Source: Methanobacteriota archaeon (lineage in GTDB: Archaea > Thermoplasmatota > Thermoplasmata > SG8-5 > JAGLSY01). Taken from it: a stretch of DNA of 64,000 nt. The notes beneath the pieces were generated by a model that worked only from the letters and a program-made list of their open reading frames with translations, was not told the origin of the DNA and searched no databases. The position numbers and the translations under genes are program-made. This document shows, piece by piece, positions 59,760 to 64,000 of the stretch. The stretch lies in assembly GCA_020696385.1 (NCBI GenBank), contig JAEHCQ010000004.1, forward strand, positions 96,001 through 160,000, read 5' to 3'. Each line of letters opens with the position of its first letter. Position 1 is the first letter of the stretch.

Positions 59760-61538
59760 TCAATAACCTGCCTTGATATTTTCAACCATGGCGAGACATT
59801 CGTTCATCTTGTCAAATGACTCTTTGTATTTCCTTTCCTCAAGAAGCTTTTTCGCCATGCTGACAGAATCAATTATACGATCCACATTCTGGCCCTGGAT
59901 CTTCATGTCTCTGGCCATCTGGGCTATTAGTCCAAGATCTTCATTGGCCTTGGCTACGAAGGCTTCCTCTATCTGCCTTCGTCCCTGCTTCATAAGAGCT
60001 ACAGCACCGTGTAGATTCTTCTTCTTGCTCTCATTCACTCCTTGGGCGATGATCTTCTTCTGTGCCAGGACATCTATGGACAATTCCTTTGCAAGGATAA
60101 GAAGTGGTTTAATGGCACTTGCATGGATGGAAAGGCTCTTCTTCAGGACCCTTGGATCATTGGGATCCACTTCGGGCTCCGGTTCCGGTTCTGGCTCAGC
60201 CTCCACTACCTCGATGGTCTCCTCGACGATAACCTCTTGCTCCACAGGAGGTTCTTCTTCTACCGCTTCCTCTTCAACTACTTCCTCGTATACGACTTCC
60301 TCTTCTACCACAGGCTCTTCTTCAGGTGTGTCAGATCCATCATCCTCCACTTCAACCTCTTCATAGACGATCTCTTCTACTTCCTCGTATACTATTTCTT
60401 CTTCCCCAGCATCTACTTCTACGGTTTCGTATACGACCTCTTCTTCAGCATCTTCCTCCGAAGGCTCATCATCTATGAATTCTGGAGTTGTTGCCTCTAC
60501 TTTTTCCGAATCATCCGAGGCCACATAATCTTCCACGGTCTCGTATATCTCCTCTTCGTCCTCAGTTGGTTCAGATATATCCAGCTCATCATCAAATCCT
60601 TCAATGTCTTCATAAGAAGGTAATTCGAACCCCTGGGATGATATCACATGGGAATAGCAATCCGCGGCCTTCATGGGCTCGCTCATCTTATTGTAAACCT
60701 CGGCCTTGGAGATCCAGGCATTTTGATATTCATCATCGATCTCCAGAGCTTTGTCAAAGGATGACAGTGCCATATCGAACTCTTCCATCTTTATGAGTGT
60801 GGCACCACGAGCGTACCAGAGTTCTTTATTTTCTGGATCCTCCTTCAACTTTGTATCATAATAGGCAAGAGCCATGACATCTGGGTCACCATCCTCCGTT
60901 CCCTGCTCCTGATGGTCGCGAAGTGTTGTGCCACATTCGTAGCATCGGAATTCAAAGGTACTTACAATGGTATTGCATAGAGGACAGGCATTCTCCTCCT
61001 CTATCTGGGACATGTCCAGCTCCTTGCTTCTGAGCTCTTCAAGGTCCATTTCTCTCAGGGCTGTCTTGATCTCTCCTGCTGATTTACGACCTATGCCCTT
61101 TACCTTGACCAGTTCCATGACGGAGGCTCTTTTCAGTTTCCTGAGGTCACCATATCCTGCTTTCAGAAGTATCTCCGCTCTAAGAGGTCCGACACCTGGA
61201 AGTTTCAAGAGATCTTCCATCTCTTTGTCTATGTTCTCAGGATCAAAGGTTCCACTAAGGTTGAGATCATCAATATCACCCTCTGGATCAGGTTCTTCAA
61301 TAAATATTTCCTCTTCGCCCTCTTCTGGCTCTTCGAGAGTTTCATATTGATCATCTGAAGCCATGCCGACCCGGGTGCCACATTCTCCACATATATTTTC
61401 ACCCTGAGGGACCATGTTCCCACAGTCTGGACACTCTACTGGCTCGGGTGCGGTGAAGACAGTTCCACATATGCTACATGCTCCTTCATTCGCATTGATG
61501 GAACCCCCGCATATTGGACAATTATTACCAGGTGTCAC
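59760..61538 (-). CDS. Acidic protein with Zn ribbons, HhH motifs and TPRs
   Basis: Three paired CxxC ribbons, LPGVGP..A / VKGIGRKSA HhH, TPR-like AW..K/RG segments, Glu-rich linker. Confidence 0.8.
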   Translation of the reverse strand: MTPGNNCPICGGSINANEGACSICGTVFTAPEPVECPDCGNMVPQGENICGECGTRVGMASDDQYETLEEPEEGEEEIFIEEPDPEGDIDDLNLSGTFDPENIDKEMEDLLKLPGVGPLRAEILLKAGYGDLRKLKRASVMELVKVKGIGRKSAGEIKTALREMDLEELRSKELDMSQIEEENACPLCNTIVSTFEFRCYECGTTLRDHQEQGTEDGDPDVMALAYYDTKLKEDPENKELWYARGATLIKMEEFDMALSSFDKALEIDDEYQNAWISKAEVYNKMSEPMKAADCYSHVISSQGFELPSYEDIEGFDDELDISEPTEDEEEIYETVEDYVASDDSEKVEATTPEFIDDEPSEEDAEEEVVYETVEVDAGEEEIVYEEVEEIVYEEVEVEDDGSDTPEEEPVVEEEVVYEEVVEEEAVEEEPPVEQEVIVEETIEVVEAEPEPEPEPEVDPNDPRVLKKSLSIHASAIKPLLILAKELSIDVLAQKKIIAQGVNESKKKNLHGAVALMKQGRRQIEEAFVAKANEDLGLIAQMARDMKIQGQNVDRIIDSVSMAKKLLEERKYKESFDKMNECLAMVENIKAGY

Positions 61539-61629
61539 AATACCCAGTATGCAACAGATAAATAATATACTTTTCTCCTATGGGTATTTAATTGTTTTCA
61601 TGTTTGAAAACAATTAACAATATTAAAAG

Positions 61630-61747
61630 TGCCCGAACCGGAATTCGAATCCGGGTCAAAAGCTCCGCAAGCTTTCAGGATATCCTTTGTAGGAACAACA
61701 GAGAGGTGTGTGACACCGAACTGATGCTCAAGCTACCCCATTCGGGC
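61630..61747 (-). tRNA. tRNA-Arg(GCG) with a 44-nt D-loop intron (about 61687-61730)
   Basis: GCCCGAA/TTCGGGC acceptor, AAAGC-TT-GCG-GA-GCTTT arm; removing the insert restores a D-loop GUAGCUAGGAUA. Confidence 0.9.
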
Positions 61748-61832
61748 GTAATGAATCATCCCAAAGTTAATACCACACAATCTTTATATTTTTGGATATA
61801 GAGTGATTGTGGTTAGCTTTGGTTGATTTCAA

Positions 61833-61909
61833 TAAGGGCTCACTATCCTCAGTTCATCTTTTCAGATTAACTGAGAGGATACCCACGGCTGAAGCCGGGG
61901 GAGCCCTCA
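61833..61909. mobile_element. Miniature three-way-junction palindromic element, copy B
   Basis: TAAGGGCTC...CCCACGGC-TGAA-GCCGGGG-GAGCCCTCA; homologous to 40295-40369. Confidence 0.6.
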
Positions 61910-62005
61910 TTGGCCTTGAAATGCGAACCTGTTTATGAATGTTTGTGCGGTTCATCGTATCCAGACATGATATTCCTACATGTCTGTTTGGCAGTATCGA
62001 CCTCA

Positions 62006-62485
62006 TCAACCCAGCTTATTTCGTGTATATGCCAGCAATCCACCAGCATCCCTGATAGCCAGTATCTCTTTGGGCAGAAGAGGGAAATTGAATTTTTGGC
62101 CGTCGATGATTATCTCGCCGGCGTCAATGTCCATCTTCACCTCAGCACCTTCTTTGTAGGCCTGTACCGCTTCCGGGCACTCGATGAGCACCAGTCCTTG
62201 ATTGATGGCCGCCCTGTAGAATATTCTGGCATAGCCCTCTGCTACAATGGCCTTGATGCCGATGGCCTTGAATCCAACTGTTGGCTGTTCACGACTTGAG
62301 CCACATCCGAAGTTTCGGCCGGCGAATATTATGTCGCCAGATTTCGCACCCTTGGCAAAATCTGGATCCAGGTCTTCCAGCATATGCGGCAGTATCTCCT
62401 CCGCGGTGCCGCAAGTGTAGGTGTACTTGCCCGGGAATAGCATATCGGTGTTCACGCTGTCTCCGTATTTCCAAACCTTGGTCAT
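62006..62485 (-). CDS. Isopropylmalate dehydratase/homoaconitase small subunit
   Basis: VNTD...PGKY, NFGCGSSRE, ARIFYR.AIN.G, AGGL. Confidence 0.92.
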   Translation of the reverse strand: MTKVWKYGDSVNTDMLFPGKYTYTCGTAEEILPHMLEDLDPDFAKGAKSGDIIFAGRNFGCGSSREQPTVGFKAIGIKAIVAEGYARIFYRAAINQGLVLIECPEAVQAYKEGAEVKMDIDAGEIIIDGQKFNFPLLPKEILAIRDAGGLLAYTRNKLG

Positions 62486-63747
62486 TAGATATCACCTCTT
62501 GGGTCAGTAATTCTGCCATTGATCGCCGAGGCAGCCACGGTCTCCGGGGAAGCCAGGTATATCTCGGCTTCCTTGCACCCCATCCTTCCCTTGAAGTTGC
62601 GGTTGGCCGTGCTTATGCATTTCTCTCCGGGAGCTAGCACACCCTGGTGTGCTCCAAGGCACGGTCCGCAGCCAGGCGGTAATATCACACCGCCCGCTTC
62701 GCTCAGTGTCTTGATAATGCCCATGTCCAGTGCCTCTTCATATATCTTCCTGGAGGCCGGCAGTACCAGTAATCTTGTATCCGGGTGAACTTTCTTACCC
62801 TTCAGTATATTGGCCGCGGCCACCAGATCAGATAGGCGGCCATTGGTGCATGTTCCGATAAGGCATTGATCCACTTTTGTGTCGGATAGATCCTTCGCCA
62901 GGCATTTATTGTCCACCTGGTGGGGGCATGCGACAACTGGCTCGATGGCCGAGAGATCGTATTCCTTCTCCATGTAATATTCGGCGTCATCATCTGCCCA
63001 AATTGCATCATAATCTGATGGTGCCAGTCCTATTGAATTGAGATATTCAACAGCAACTTCATCAACCGGGAAAGTAGCGTTCTTCGCACCCATCTCGATG
63101 CCCATATTGGATATGACGAATCGGTCTTCAATTGAAAGCTGGCCGATATCTCCCCAGAACTCGACCGAGCAGTAAGTTGCTCCATCGGCGGCTATATCGC
63201 CGATGATATGCAGAATTATGTCCTTAGCGGACACATTCTCCTGCAACTGGCCTTTCAATGTCATCTTAATAGTCTTGGGAACCTTGAGCCATGTCTCTCC
63301 GGTTAGAATGAGGGACGCGGCCTCGGTTCTGTCAATGCCGGTTGAAAAACAACCAACAGCTCCATATGAACATGTATGTGAATCACTTCCAAGAACGATG
63401 CCTCCTGGCAATGCCAGTCCCTTCTCGAATACTATCTGATGGCAGATACCATGACCGACATCGAAGAAATTCGTTATTCTAAATTTCTTCACAAACTTTC
63501 GTATATCCTGATGATTGGTAGCTGTCTTTTCACTGGCCGCTGGTGCGACATGATCTATGACGATAACTGGCAGCTCTTTGCTTACCACGCCGTGCTTTTC
63601 CAGATCATCCTTTATCTTGGCGGTTATTGCCGCGGCATTGTCATGCATCAGGAGATGGTCTGGCTTGATCATCACGATCTGGCCTGGTACTACTTTTTCA
63701 TTGCCCGACCTCTTGGCCAGGACTTTCTCCGCAAAGGTCATACCCAT
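62485..63747 (-). CDS. Isopropylmalate dehydratase/homoaconitase large subunit
   Basis: GICHQ, DSHTC, GTCTNGR, CGPCLG, NRNFKGRMG, YLASP. Confidence 0.93.
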   Translation of the reverse strand: MGMTFAEKVLAKRSGNEKVVPGQIVMIKPDHLLMHDNAAAITAKIKDDLEKHGVVSKELPVIVIDHVAPAASEKTATNHQDIRKFVKKFRITNFFDVGHGICHQIVFEKGLALPGGIVLGSDSHTCSYGAVGCFSTGIDRTEAASLILTGETWLKVPKTIKMTLKGQLQENVSAKDIILHIIGDIAADGATYCSVEFWGDIGQLSIEDRFVISNMGIEMGAKNATFPVDEVAVEYLNSIGLAPSDYDAIWADDDAEYYMEKEYDLSAIEPVVACPHQVDNKCLAKDLSDTKVDQCLIGTCTNGRLSDLVAAANILKGKKVHPDTRLLVLPASRKIYEEALDMGIIKTLSEAGGVILPPGCGPCLGAHQGVLAPGEKCISTANRNFKGRMGCKEAEIYLASPETVAASAINGRITDPRGDI

Positions 63748-63758
63748 CTTGTACCACC

Positions 63759-64000
63759 TCACTCGTTTATCAGCTGGTTCTTGGTGATCATGACCAGTGG
63801 ATTGAAGGTGGCGAAATCCGCCTGGTGTACCAGCACGGTCTCTATGACCTGTGGCCTGCCATCTCCTTCCTTCGCGTGGCAGCCTATGACATTGACAATT
63901 TCCTCTGGCAATCCTATCTCATTGGCCAGGATAGCTCCGGATATTGGATGTCTGGCGCACATGCCAGCATGACTTTTTCTAAAGCCACCTTGCCCGTCCT
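63759..64000 (-). CDS. HD-domain metal-dependent hydrolase, 3' part (runs off the window)
   Basis: RHPISG..LA...GLP..I...I..H.KEG and VHQADF motifs. Confidence 0.75.
   Translation of the reverse strand, partial: DGQGGFRKSHAGMCARHPISGAILANEIGLPEEIVNVIGCHAKEGDGRPQVIETVLVHQADFATFNPLVMITKNQLINE

Noticed and set aside
1-64000. Numerous 60-210 aa ORFs antisense or out of frame to the called genes
   Set aside because: They lie within well-supported genes and have no recognisable motifs; treated as shadow ORFs.

Overview
Archaeal chromosomal DNA, most likely an uncultured Thermoplasmatota lineage (inferred from egsA, the thiolase/HMG-CoA synthase/DUF35 cluster, nurA-herA-mre11-rad50, hel308, pelota, taw1/taw2, rfcL, archaeal MAT and rps13-rps4-rps11-rpoD). 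The coding content is mostly housekeeping, plus two large membrane-anchored surface proteins (1252 aa and 3854 aa). Five tRNA genes are present, and tRNA-Arg(GCG) has a 44-nt intron in the D-loop. No transposase, integrase, reverse transcriptase, cas gene or CRISPR array is visible. The most unusual signal is non-coding. At three conserved genes the last 30-75 bp of the CDS are repeated just downstream as mostly synonymously recoded variants. At two of them (UPF0179, DUF362) the copies bracket homologous 104-bp and 178-bp inserts that can fold as an H-type pseudoknot with U-rich/U-rich/A-rich tracts. This suggests a tiny non-coding element that inserts by replacing gene 3' ends. Other observations are IS200/IS605-like miniature palindromic elements, a thiolase lacking its catalytic Cys and one His beside an acetoacetate-CoA ligase, and nested domain insertions in both surface proteins. 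All calls come from reading motifs by eye; no database search or folding program was run.
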